Both the position numbers and the translations under genes were made by a program. A stretch of 64,000 bases of DNA from Takakia lepidozioides (Eukaryota; Plantae; Bryophyta): NCBI GenBank assembly GCA_030704615.1, contig CM060732.1:42594001-42658000 (forward strand), given 5' to 3'. The notes beneath the pieces were generated by a model. That model made no database searches and had not been told where the DNA came from. It worked only from the letters and a program-made list of their open reading frames with translations. Positions 47,500-59,200 of this stretch are shown piece after piece (position 1 is the stretch's first letter; each line of letters opens with the position of its first letter).

Positions 47500-49943
47500 C
47501 GTTTGTCACAATGGCCTTGGCTCGCATCACTGAGCCATCTATAGGATGATCCGGCTGGCCAACTTACGCCGTGTCATGCCCCGAACCTGCTCTAATCCTC
47601 CCAGAGATGTTTGTATCTGGAAAGGACAAGGCTCCATATCCGCCTCCATGAGGCCCAAACCTGCAATAGCAGCTCTGCCCAACATCAGTGGCTGAGCTCC
47701 CAAGTCCAACAAGACTCGCAGTGGCCGGTACTTCTTGCCTGCCGGTCCACTCAAAGAGAAAATGCCATCCTGGTTGTCTAACAAGACAACTTCAGGTGTC
47801 ACCATGGCGCGCTCAAAGGCTGGCCTAGCTGTCAGCTCCGTCAACCTGGCAGCTGCAGCTTGCCATGGCGCAGCCGTGGCAGTCTTGACCCTCAAATCCG
47901 AGGATCCCTCTGCCACTACAACTTCCAGTAACTCCGCAGAAGATGAAGTGACCTCCCCACTCTCACACAGTGTTGCTGCTAATCTGAACACTGCAGCTGG
48001 TCTTACCCCCGACGTCACAATTATGGTTGCCGAGAACAGCGGGGCTTGACACACAGAGGTGGCTGCCCCCAATAACACACCGGCTGCACTAGCCTTGGTA
48101 GCAGGTGTCAGTGATGCACATGTAGCTCTCCCCAATGGCATAGTAACCTCCGCCTCGGTAACAGTCGGGCGAGAACTAGGTGCCATGGATGGCGTCGACA
48201 CTGTCTCCGCCAATGTGAATGACTGAGGAAGCCTCGCCTGATGGCTTGCCTCCCCACACTGTGGATCCAATTCCACCTCTGCACCTCATGGCTCAGGAAT
48301 ACGTGCTGCTCTTCGAATCACGGCTGCAGCAGACTCCACCTACTCTAGTGGTAGTGCTGCTCCGCACATGAATCCCATGCCTCCCATATCTCCTCCCTCA
48401 GGAGCAAGAGGTGGACCATCCCGCCTGGGAGCCGGTACCACCTGAGCTGTAGCCATGGCAGCGAGCCTCTGCTCTAGCTGATGAAGCCGGTTGGCCATGC
48501 CTTGGTCAACACCCTGACCTCCGCGTCCTTGGCCATGTTGAGCTTGCCCTTGGCCTGCACCTCGTGCCCGGCCACCTCGTCCTCTCTGGGCTGGTCCACC
48601 TCACCCCCGGCCACCATTGTTCCCTTGGAACTGGTCTTGGAACTGGTCTGGGCGCAACTCAGGATGCAATTCATAACACTGGACATCTCCATGCCCATAC
48701 TTGCCACAATGCCCACACTGCAACTGTGCAGGCTGTGCTTGTGCCGGCCTTTTGCCACTCTCTGGGCAATCTCTCTTGACATGGGGTCCTCCACATGTCC
48801 AACATATCACCCCTGGTTGCTGTTGGCTTGCAAAAGATGCTATTGGCCTCTGCACCTGAGGTCCCCTGTAAGCTCCATGAAATTTGGGTTGGGAAACCTT
48901 GCCCCCCTGACCACGCTGTTGGGCAGTCCCTTGTGCCTGTGGGCTGGCAGCTGCGCCTCGTGCAGGCATGTCTTTGCCAAATCCAATGGTAACAACTCGC
49001 TCCTCCACCATGTTGAGCTCAATCCGCTCAGCCAGCAGAAACACATCTGTAATGTGGGTTGGGCTGCTTGTAACAGGGTTGCATCCCGCACCCTTCTCCT
49101 GAGCTCATTGTCCAAAATTCCATACCAGAACTGGATTGCCTGAGCTTCAGTAACCCCTTGGGTCACACTTATCAAGCGCCTCATACGAGTGTACGCCTCT
49201 CGCAGGCTCTCACTGGGTTTGCGCTGGAAGTCTTGCAAACTTCACAGCTTCTCTGTCCGTACACCTTGGTAGTTCTTCCACAACTCCTAGAAGAACTCCA
49301 CCACCGGGCTGAATCTAGGCACATGTGTTGTAGTCGTGGGATGATAAGTAGTAGGACCTTTTGCAGAAGTACCGGCACTACTTGTTTCACTACTAGTGCT
49401 AGCCGTGGGAGGTATTGGTGTTGATGCCGTTACTGGTCGCGTTGTTCCTCGAGTAATGGAGACGTATTCAGGTGACCAATACATCCTCTACTCTTCAATT
49501 TTTGCTTCATGTCCTCGCCTGAACTCGTGGTAATCATCCATAGGCGGACCTTCCAAATGCTGGAACAATCCCTTCCACGCCATGAATGGGGTGAACAGCT
49601 GTGGATTGCGCATCTGCTGCAAATCACACCAGCTGTCAAACTCCTAGATAAAGTCATCCAGCTCGATTGTGCCCACAGCTCCAGAGTACCTATGAGGCCC
49701 CTTGGTAGCTCCATACATCTCCTCCATGTCGTCCCACAACAATGGCGAAGAAAACTGCATGCTTGTTGATGAAGCCTCCGGGTCTGTGTCAGACTCTACA
49801 GTAGTTGAGGGTGGAGGTGAAGGTGGTCTGAACCGAATACCTCGTCTTGTGAACCCACTCTCACTGTTACTGCCTGTAGCCGTACTCCCCTCAAAACCCT
49901 TGGGTAACTCCATGATGACACTCACAATGTGCACCTCCCCCAC
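47500..49943 (-). pseudogene. Gag and protease of Gypsy B
   Basis: Homologous to A; CWTCGGPHVKRDC, CGHCGKYGHGDVQC; protease motif LLDLGA. Confidence 0.85.
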
Positions 49944-50463
49944 GTAACACTATAAGGCTCTAGTACTAATTCTAATAGTGACATGGGTGGGCACCTGTTG
50001 CAGTTTAAGGGTCATATCCCAGTGGCTCAGGGCACCTGCACCTGCATCCACCGCAAGAACTCCTATGGTTGGCTGGTCATCAACCCAGTCTCACCATAGA
50101 AGAAACACTGGTGGTCTTGCTGGTCATCACTCCAGCCTCACCACCGACAGCATACTCTAGGATTGATCGGTGATTAAACCCGGCCTAATCCCTATGAAAG
50201 CAAGCGCCCACACAAAACCAACATGGCGCACAGTTAAGCATGCAGATGTTGGGGGGGATCCAAACACAAGAAATCAAAACATCAACACCCCCACACCAAA
50301 ATCCATCTGTAATGCTGATCCTGCAGAATATCCCAGCCCAAAACCCCGGACTGACTGGCCTCCACCAAGAGAGGCTTTGGCAACTACAAGTACAAAGTAA
50401 TGAAAATAGTAAAGAGAGGGAGGGGAAGAATAGAAGCCCGACCAAGCAAGATCTAATCCTGAT

Positions 50464-51212
50464 CTATGCTATCAACTGCCAGACTTCTCTCAAAGTGCCT
50501 CGCTTTGCATGATGGTAAGGTGTAGGAGGTATATCTATGTCCAAAAACCTGCCACTAACCTTGTCCCAAGCTACAGTAGCTCGCTCTAACCAACCCTCCT
50601 CCTCTTTCTGCCAGGTAGAGACAAAGCAATACTCCCCTATCTCCCGCTCACTGAACACTAAAGAAAATAAAGGTAGGGTCTGACAGTCTCTCAACTCGAA
50701 GCTTGAGACGGTTGCGGGTGTCCTCATTGCGAATGACTGCATCTCCTTCAAGCAGAACAAATTTTTCATTGCTAATGAACCCCCGCTCGTGGTTGCCCCA
50801 TGTAGAACGTGTCCGGCTGCAACCATGTCTGATTGCACAAACTTGTGTAGCTCTTGCTCCTCTGCTCCAGTACACCACGGCCTTATGGCTGAACACCTTG
50901 GTCCCCGGGGCTGTCTTTGGTTGTGTTCCAAGCCTAGCTTTCACCCACCTTGGTATTTTCACATACAGCTGCAGAACTGCTGGCTCCAACAGAGTTCTGA
51001 CTGTCCAAAGCAATATTGAGGCCCTCAACGCCAACTACAGCAGTTTGTTGTCTACTGCTAATGCCTGACTCCCAGTATGCAATCAACTCGTCCAACTGCT
51101 CTCCATTCAAATCAGTCTGAGTTCCTTGGGAAACATAAATCTTGTCCCTTTGTGTGCACAGGCTAAGAGAAGAGACCTGCCCTTCAATTACGTCCTCATT
51201 TCCCCCAGCCAT
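50464..51212 (-). CDS. ORF0 of Gypsy B (unknown function)
   Basis: MAGGNEDVIEGQ...LERATVAWDKVSGRFLDID, conserved with copy A. Confidence 0.7.
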
Positions 51213-51742
51213 ACAAGGAGGACATCCACAAATTTGTCTCTCATGTAGACCACAACAGGTTCTAGAAACATAATTGTGGATCTTTCATAGCACACTCACA
51301 CTCAAAAAATTCCATAGATTTTTAGCAGAGTCAAAAAAAACTAAAACCAGGTCTAGATAGGTAGATTTCCCCTTTCTGTAGGTCCCTGCGCAAGTTTTGG
51401 GTCAAACGGCCTTGGTAGGCCAAAGTTATGGCCAAACAGGCTCTATCTAATTTAAATTAGATCAAAGAACGAATTTCTTTAATTTTTCACACCCAAAACG
51501 TTCTCGCCATTAAAAATTGTTTCCACGTTTTTTGCGATTCACTGCAGGTTCCCATCACATTCAAAATACCGTGCCCTGTGAGTGCCCGAAATGGTGGAAT
51601 TGAAGTCTACCAACAGAGGTTGCTGTGCAAGGATCCTCCTTTGTAGGCACACGCTTGGCAGCTGCTGCAGGTCCTGCACCCCGAGTCTGCCATGCCTCTG
51701 GCGTCAGGGCTGCTCTTTCACTCTCCAGCGGCTCGCTCCAGA

Positions 51743-51847
51743 AAAGGGATGGACCCTAAGTTCTTGAGGAATCAGAGATATGCCAAGAAACATAATTGTG
51801 TGGGCGGCGACAACAGTGAAGTTGATGCTGCTGAAGAAATGGAATGA
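51743..51847 (+). pseudogene. RPL29: Captured 3' fragment of 60S ribosomal protein eL29
   Basis: [18 protein letters not shown]...stop is the eL29 signature. Confidence 0.9.
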
Positions 51848-51874
51848 GAGATGTGTAGATGGAGCAATCGATGA

Positions 51875-53110
51875 GTGCCCAGGTTGCAGCGGGAGTCTCC
51901 TGCTTGTCTCTATGCAAGGTGGGGCACTGATGAAGGTCTACAGCTACGCTTTAAAACGTTTTCGATCTGCACTCCATCAGGCTCCTTGTTGGCAATCGAG
52001 GTACTGATTGCGGTCTATGTAGGTCAGATGCTGTCAAGAGGGCCTTTGAGCTGTTGCAAGTCTCCACTTGTGAAGGATCCTCAATGCGCTCAACTCATTC
52101 CTGATTGCGTTCTTCACCTCTTTCATGGGGATCCTACCATGTTCGAGTCCTACTGGCTGGCCCAGCCCCAGGCAACCACTGTAATCCCAGCGTGGCAAGG
52201 CATGAGCTATTTTGCTCACAAGCACAACGCCTTCCTATTTGTGGACCACCATTTGGACCAGACAATCCGCGCCTTTCACAGCTTTGTTGAGAATGCTGTC
52301 GCCGAGAGCCGCTACATTGTACTTGGAACTGGCTCGACACACTTGTTCCAAGCTTCAATTTACGCCCTATCCTCGCCCCAGTTGTCCACTCCAACGAGCA
52401 TCATCTCGGCTACCCCTTATTATTCGCCGTATCCAGACTTGACAGACTTCCTCAAATCCGGGGTATTCAAATGGGCAGGAGATGCACACCAGTTTCAACA
52501 GAACTCTTCGCAAGATGCTTATATTGAGATAGTGACACCACCCAATAATCCAGATGGAACCATCCGGCATGCTGTGGTCAATGGCAGTGGATCAATAGCT
52601 CATGATCTCGCCTACTACTGGCCACACTACACTCCAATCACCTCCGCTGCTGACTTTCCCGTGATGCTCTTCACTTTCTCCAAAATCACAGGCAATGCTA
52701 GCACTCGACTCGGTTGGGCGGTTGTGGAAGACGAGCGCGTTGCCATCAAATGGTGGAGTTTGTTCGATTGAACACACTCGGTGTATCCCAGGATGCACAA
52801 GCCCGGGCAACCACCTTACTCCGGACAATCATGACTGGCTACGCGCAACCGGTTGTCAAATACGGGGGACTGATGGACGCGGCGAAGCAGCCCTTCTTCC
52901 ATTATGGCCAGGCGGTGATGGAGGAGAGATGGAAGAAGCTGCAGCAGAAGTTGGAGGGCAGCACGCGCTTCGCTTTGCCTGATCATGACCCCTTACACTG
53001 TTCCTTCTTGGGAAAGATGTTTCGGCCCAACCCAGCTTTTGTATGGCTGCATTGTAAGGAGGAAGAAGACTGCCAAGAATTGCTTCGCCAACACCGCATT
53101 GTATCCCGTG
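51875..53110 (+). pseudogene. TAR: Captured intronless tryptophan aminotransferase-related (TAA1/TAR, alliinase family) retrocopy; frameshifted and 3'-truncated
   Basis: HGDPTMFESYW, IVLGTGST, PYYS, VTPPNNPDG, HDLAYYWPHYTPI, FTFSKITG (PLP lysine), PAFVWL; frameshift near 52750. Confidence 0.92.
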
Positions 53111-53382
53111 CAAACCCAGATTCCAGTGAGCTCAAGTCACCCTTCATTTCTTGATGGCATTGCTCCCCTCTGGCAGGCGCATAGATTATAAAGCTGCTAC
53201 ACCTGCTTACTCATCCCCTGCCTTCATTGCTTGCTGCATCAGTATTGATCCCCTGCACATCTTTCTAACTAATGATTACCTGAACACAGATAATCATTTC
53301 TCTCGCTTTCAAAACAAAAACCACAAGTGCTAAAACTAAACTCACCTCTGGCACTCACAGATGCAAGCTCATCTCTCTCGAG

Positions 53383-53732
53383 TGATAAGAAAGAACTAAA
53401 CTCAAATAACAAGAGAAACACAAAACACAACACCATCACTCTTTAAAATAATAGTCGAGCCAGGGGCACCCCAAGCTATGGGGACTCCACCCCACAACAA
53501 CCTATCCTCCCTTCATAAGCACACTCAGGTTCTGAACGGTGAAAGAGCTCGGTCGTGCAGGCTCAACTCGAGAGAGATGAGCCGCACGACTGACGTTCTT
53601 GTGAAAATAAGACGATTCAGGTGTCAAACTAAACTTGACACCTGACTTAACACTTGAACTAAATCCAAGTGTTAAATACAAATAACTAGCTTTATTCTAG
53701 TTAGTTTCACACTGTGTTTATTTAACTTGACA
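53383..53732 (-). repeat. 5' LTR (repeat X) of Gypsy B
   Basis: Homologous to 15894-16251; TG...CA. Confidence 0.9.
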
Positions 53733-56270
53733 CATTCCTCCTTCGTGTACGGTTCTGGATTATTTTTGGACCGCTCTGCTCCTCCGAGTACTACCATGAT
53801 ATCATCAACCACAAACCTTTGTGTTTTCATGTAATCAATGTAGTCGTTCATGCTCCTCAAGGTTTGATCCTTACCCTTATATGGATTTCTAATGCTCACC
53901 CTCAAGTCCAGTATCCTCTGTGCCACCTTCTTGATCTGTCGTTGATTAAGCCCTTGAAGCTTTTGGATAGCCGACTTGGTCAATGGAATCTGCTCAGAGT
54001 TGCATACAATCCCCATAGCATCAATGATCTCCCCCTTGTCCCACTTTCGAAACACAGTCTCCCACAACTCCCAGACGTCCTCATCAGCATGGACCAATGC
54101 CAACGCTTCTTTCGAGGAGTTCTTCTCCAGTATAACCAGTGCCGCTTGCATAAACCCCTGGGATGAAGAGCACAATTATTTTCAGACCCAACAAATTATC
54201 AGTGAGGAAATTCCAAAACCCATATCTACATACTAGTATGTACATAAATGAAGAAAAAGACTATTAGAATAATGTTTACCTTCCACAAGCCAGTCTCATT
54301 CTTTTTTACATTATCATTGTATTTCGGCGGTTTCCCAATTGATGCATAAAAGCTTCTCAAGTGACCCAATTTCTCGCTAAAAGTCGTGTCAAACTTTTGT
54401 GCTTTGTTCGGATCATTTTGAAGCTTGGAGAGCTTCACCAGTTGCAAGTGCTCTTTTGACCACACAATCCTGGCCGGCCATTCTCCAAAGTAGTTTGCGA
54501 GCTGCTCGTCTGTATCCAAATCCTCAACAAGTTCCTACAGATACAGTTCCATGTTGTAAATATTTAATTCATTCGACGTCGACATTGATGTCGACGTTCA
54601 ATTGACTCGACGGTATCCTACTTCATTCTAATAGACGTCCCTAGCATATAACGTCGACATGAATGTCAAGGTTCTAGACCAATTTCAAATCTACTTGTTG
54701 AATTTTAGAGTCAAGAGACATAGACCTGGTTAGTGAGTACCTTGGCAGCCACGATCGTATGTTGCCCTCCGATAATGAAAAATTTCGTCGAAGCATCGTC
54801 GATCTCCGCTGATCTCGTTGGTATCTTCTCACACACATCGTCCTCCTTCTCTGGATCAATTGGAGTGAGGTATACCGGATGTTGGGCATCCAGATGTCGG
54901 AGCTGCAGGGAGTCTGGTTTTGACCTCATCCTTGTGCTTGAGGTTCAAAGGTCGGTAAACCATATGTTTAGGAGCAAGATTCATCCGCGATATCGGTATT
55001 TTGAAAGTTCTACTAAAACCGAATGGAAACATGTCTCCGTAGTATTCTACTGGATTATTCGTCTTACTGGTGTTTCCGTTATTTGTTCCATGTTTTCATT
55101 ACCGGCTGCGAACAATACATCCTGAAAACGGTCCTAGGAGCGGATAAATGTTTTGGTATCCTGACCGCAGTTGCTGTCTTCATTGAACTTGAATCCTTTT
55201 TTGATTGATTGTTTCATGAGGTTCTTGCGGACAAAATTTCCAGATGCTACGTACCCGAATATTTTTGGCACCCTTCCATCCTCAGCAACAAAGATCACCA
55301 GCATTGGAGACTGCATGTTCGTCTGGATTTCCACTTCTTTCAAGTATGCGTACTTGAGCTCTGTAACATTGCTTCCCGTCTTGTATTGAAACCGGAGCTT
55401 GTGATCTGGAGGTTCCCCAGCGACTTCAACGCCCCATTCCTTTATGCTGCTCTTCAATTTGTATATAGCTACATGTTCGGTCATGTATCCCGGGGATTTG
55501 ACAGATAATAAATCCCCACAAATGTCTGCAGACATTCCGGGTTGGTAGTCTTCGGGGGCCTGAGAACTGCAAAAGCCATATGTCCAATATTTGATCAGGA
55601 AAACACCTCGACATTAATGTCGATGTTAGAAAATGTTTATGATATGACCATGATATTTAATCACACTATCTTTTCCACATACAAATGAAGGACAAACCAA
55701 ATCCCACAAGTTTTGTAAGCTCAAACACATTGAAAATCTTTGTAAATATCCATCTTTTATTCACATCAGAGAGCAACTGAGATCTACAACGCATTACTCA
55801 ACAATGAGACAACATTATTCAAATGTCCAGAGACCAGTGTCTTCATCACAATAGATTTGGCCTAACCAAACAGGTTCCAAAAGATGACTCCTCTTTTGAT
55901 CTTGATCTTGAGTTCCCGACAGCCCAAGAATCTTGGCACAGACGTTGTCCATGGGTAGCTCATATTCTTCGGGGTATGACGTGCATGGAACGTAAGTCTC
56001 TGGACTATATGTTTCTGGACTGTATGTTTCAGGAACATATGTAGGGTAGAATAACATGTATTCATATGGCCGTTGGATTTTCGTTGAGAGGAAGGAATGT
56101 ACTGTGGTGAGGTTGGCATGTATTCATGGGAGGACGGATAATATCCAGGCGAATCTGCTGCCTCCGGATGATGAATAGGCTATTTCAGGTGGTTCAATGA
56201 GGTTCGGAAGCTCGTATTTAGGAGTTATGGGAATTGGGTAGAAGCTCGATGAATATTCAATCGTTTCATC
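53733..56270 (-). pseudogene. Multi-exon gene with ParB-like motif, interrupted by Gypsy B
   Basis: LQLRHL...FFIIGGQHTIVAAK (GxHR-like). Several exon-sized ORFs with GT donors. The reading frame runs into the LTR at 53732. Confidence 0.45.
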
Positions 56271-59200
56271 ATTCCAGGATAATCACTCCTACACAACCAC
56301 CTATGAACTGCCTCAGTTCATTGAAACACAAAATCTTGTTGATCCTACTTTTCCAAAGAATTGTTCTAAATTAACTCGACCTCGACATGAATGTCGACGT
56401 CCATTCGCAGAAAACCGTTTTCCTAAATTGCCTGTCCTGCTGAGTAGACAACCAGTGACAGTTAGTTTCAACCTATCTCACATGACGCTTCATCATCTAC
56501 TGAAATAACTGCAGTTAGATTTACGCTGCACTTAATATAACTCTATTGTTATATAGAGTTATATCAGAATCTTAACGTCGACATTAATGTCGAGGTTCTT
56601 CATCTATTGTTTATTGATTAACAGTACTTGAGGTAATTGTAATCTTCAGTCCACGTAGAGTTGTGAAGAAAACTAATCTTATTGCATGAGAACGTTGACA
56701 TTAATGTCGAGGTCCAATTCCCTCGTTGGATAGTCAACTAACGTGTTCATCCAAATTATGTAAAAAAACGTGAAATCTACAAATGCTATTACAAAAAGCT
56801 AATGTCTAGGCTTACCTCCCCCTCCTCGACACTAATATGAGAGTCCTCAACCTCGACATTAATGTCCAGGAAGTTTAAAAGGTTCATCAGCAACCTGCTT
56901 ACGTACACTGGAAAACTGAAAGATGTTCAATTTATACATGATGCCTCTAAACCTTGACATTCATGTCGAGGTTCCCTCCCCTTGTTGGACAGCAATAACA
57001 AAAGTGCTCATGTAGATGGTTGACAATATATGACACCCATACATGGGACCGAAACATCTACACCCATACTGGGGTCCCGAAATGCCTACATGCATTAATG
57101 TACCTCGACATCAATGTCAATATTGTTTACAAAGAGAGTCGTCCTGATGTCCACATACATTGCACATTATGTTGACATTACAATAGACCTACTTTGCAAA
57201 ATCGGGCAACATTATGTCGAACTATATTGGAGAGATACTCCAAATTTACTCGAGATTTGTGTGTGTGAGAGATTAACTCTAGGTGTGTGTTTGTGATTTG
57301 CTCTAGGTGTGTGCATATGTGTCAGCATTTTTAATTAATTCTAGGTGTATGTGATTGTATGTTCTACTGATTTGCTCTAGGTGCGTTCATTGAGTTATAC
57401 CTGGCCATGAGTATGCTCCAACCTCACTCTCTTTAACTTGCAAACAAGGCAGACAACTGTCAATTGGTGGACCAATGAAATCAAACTAAAGAAATCGAAA
57501 TCAAACTCAAACTCAAGATAATTCAAAATGAGTCATCTATTATACATGCTGCAATTTGGAATTGTGTTTGTACCTCTATTTTATCTCTGCCCTGCTGGAA
57601 TGTATTTGTTGCCCGTGTTGCTCCTATGCAGCTCCTGTTGCTCCTGTCCCTACTCAGCCTATTGGAGCTTAAATTGCAGGGCTAAGGTTCTGAAACCCTT
57701 ATTTTAACAAGCACATGGACAAAGAGATAGAGAAGAAACATGGGCAAAGAGAGAGAGAGAAGAAACTTGAAACTTGAAATAAGCATTAAGAAACCATAAA
57801 ATATTCATGGCGCCTTTGAACATCAAATAGACCCGAGAGGAACAGAAAATTGCAATTACCCTTGTGTGTCATGAGTTCTTTCACCTGAGAGAAGCTCCCA
57901 TCAAATCTGTTAAGGGTGTGTTTACATCTTTGTTTACCAACATTCAATGTCAAGACTCCCTCCTTTACTCCCCTCTCCCTCCTTCTATATTTCTCTTAGG
58001 GCAGAAATCCCACCTTAGAACATCAAACAAAAGTTGAGAGGAAATGAATATGCAATTACCTCTGTGCCCGCACATCGTCCTCCCCTGCGCACAAATGTCT
58101 CAGGCAGCCCGCCCTCCAGCTCCCACTCCAGCTCCCTCTCTTCCCCCGCCGCGCTGCTCGCCCCTGTCGCTCTACCCTCTCCCTTGCAACACCTCGTAGC
58201 AGCTCCCCGCTCACAGATTGTTATCCCGTCGCAGCTCCTCTCCATCCTCCTCTCGTCCCCTTTGCTGTGCAGTACGTTCGCCATTGGATCGTCAAGATCC
58301 AACGGCTTGGACAAACCAACAAACAAAAAAAAACAAAAAATATCCACCCAACCCCACGTCCGTTGGATCTTCAAAATCCAACAGCTGCAGCGCCACGTAG
58401 GGCAACCACCCCGTGATCCGTTGGATCTGGAGATCCAACGGTTTCAACCAACAGCCAAAAAAAAAACACACAATTAAATTTGGGAGGGTGGCAGCGGCGG
58501 CGGCGGCTCTATTAGGGAAACCTCCCGAGCTCGCTCCACCGAAATCTGAAAAAAGAAAAAGAAATCCATGGCGCCTCGCCCCGTGGCCTGGCGCTGCAGA
58601 ACGCATGTGCGCGCGCTGGCCCCACGAGCCACATTACACACGAGCGGGTAGGCCATACGCTGGCGTGGGCCCACAAGGCGAGGCGCGTCAACAGCAGCCG
58701 TCATCCACCAAAAAAAAAAAAAAAACCCAATGTATGGTGCTTCGCCACTTAACGCCTGTCCGTCGTGCGGAACGTGACAGGCCACAGCTCGCGCATGCAG
58801 GCTGTATCGCCTGGCCGTGTGGCGACCGCCACCAACCCCGGATTTATAAAAAATAAAAAATAAAAAATAAATAAAAAAAATAAAAAACAGTGTTTGGCAC
58901 TTCGCCACGTGGCGCCTGCAAGTGCGTGCGGAACGTGGCAGGCCAGGGCGCGCACATGCGGGCTGTACCGCCTGGCCGAGTGGCGATGCGCCAAGAGTGC
59001 GGCCAAAAAAGAAAAAAGAACAAAAACAAAAAACAAAAAAACAAAAAAACGCCTTCCCCGCGTGTGCGGAAACTGGCCACACGGCTGTAGCACCTGGCCA
59101 AGTGCGCCAAGTTTGCGGCCTAGCGTGGACCCACGAGGCCTGGCACCGCCACGAAAAAAAACACAAACAAAAACATATTAAAAAACATGGCGCACTTTAA

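Larger units (their letters stand above)
37707..53732 (-). mobile_element. DNMT3-bearing Gypsy retrotransposon B (3' half cut off within RT; DNMT interrupted by C2)
   Basis: Colinear and homologous to A (7284-16251) except for the cargo slot. 5' LTR 53383-53732; self-priming PBS 53367-53383. Confidence 0.92.

Noticed and set aside
51875-53154. Functional host TAA/TAR gene
   Set aside because: It lies inside the retroelement between ORF0 and the PBS, is frameshifted and C-terminally truncated, sits next to an RPL29 fragment, and has GNAS instead of the usual GHAG after the PLP lysine.
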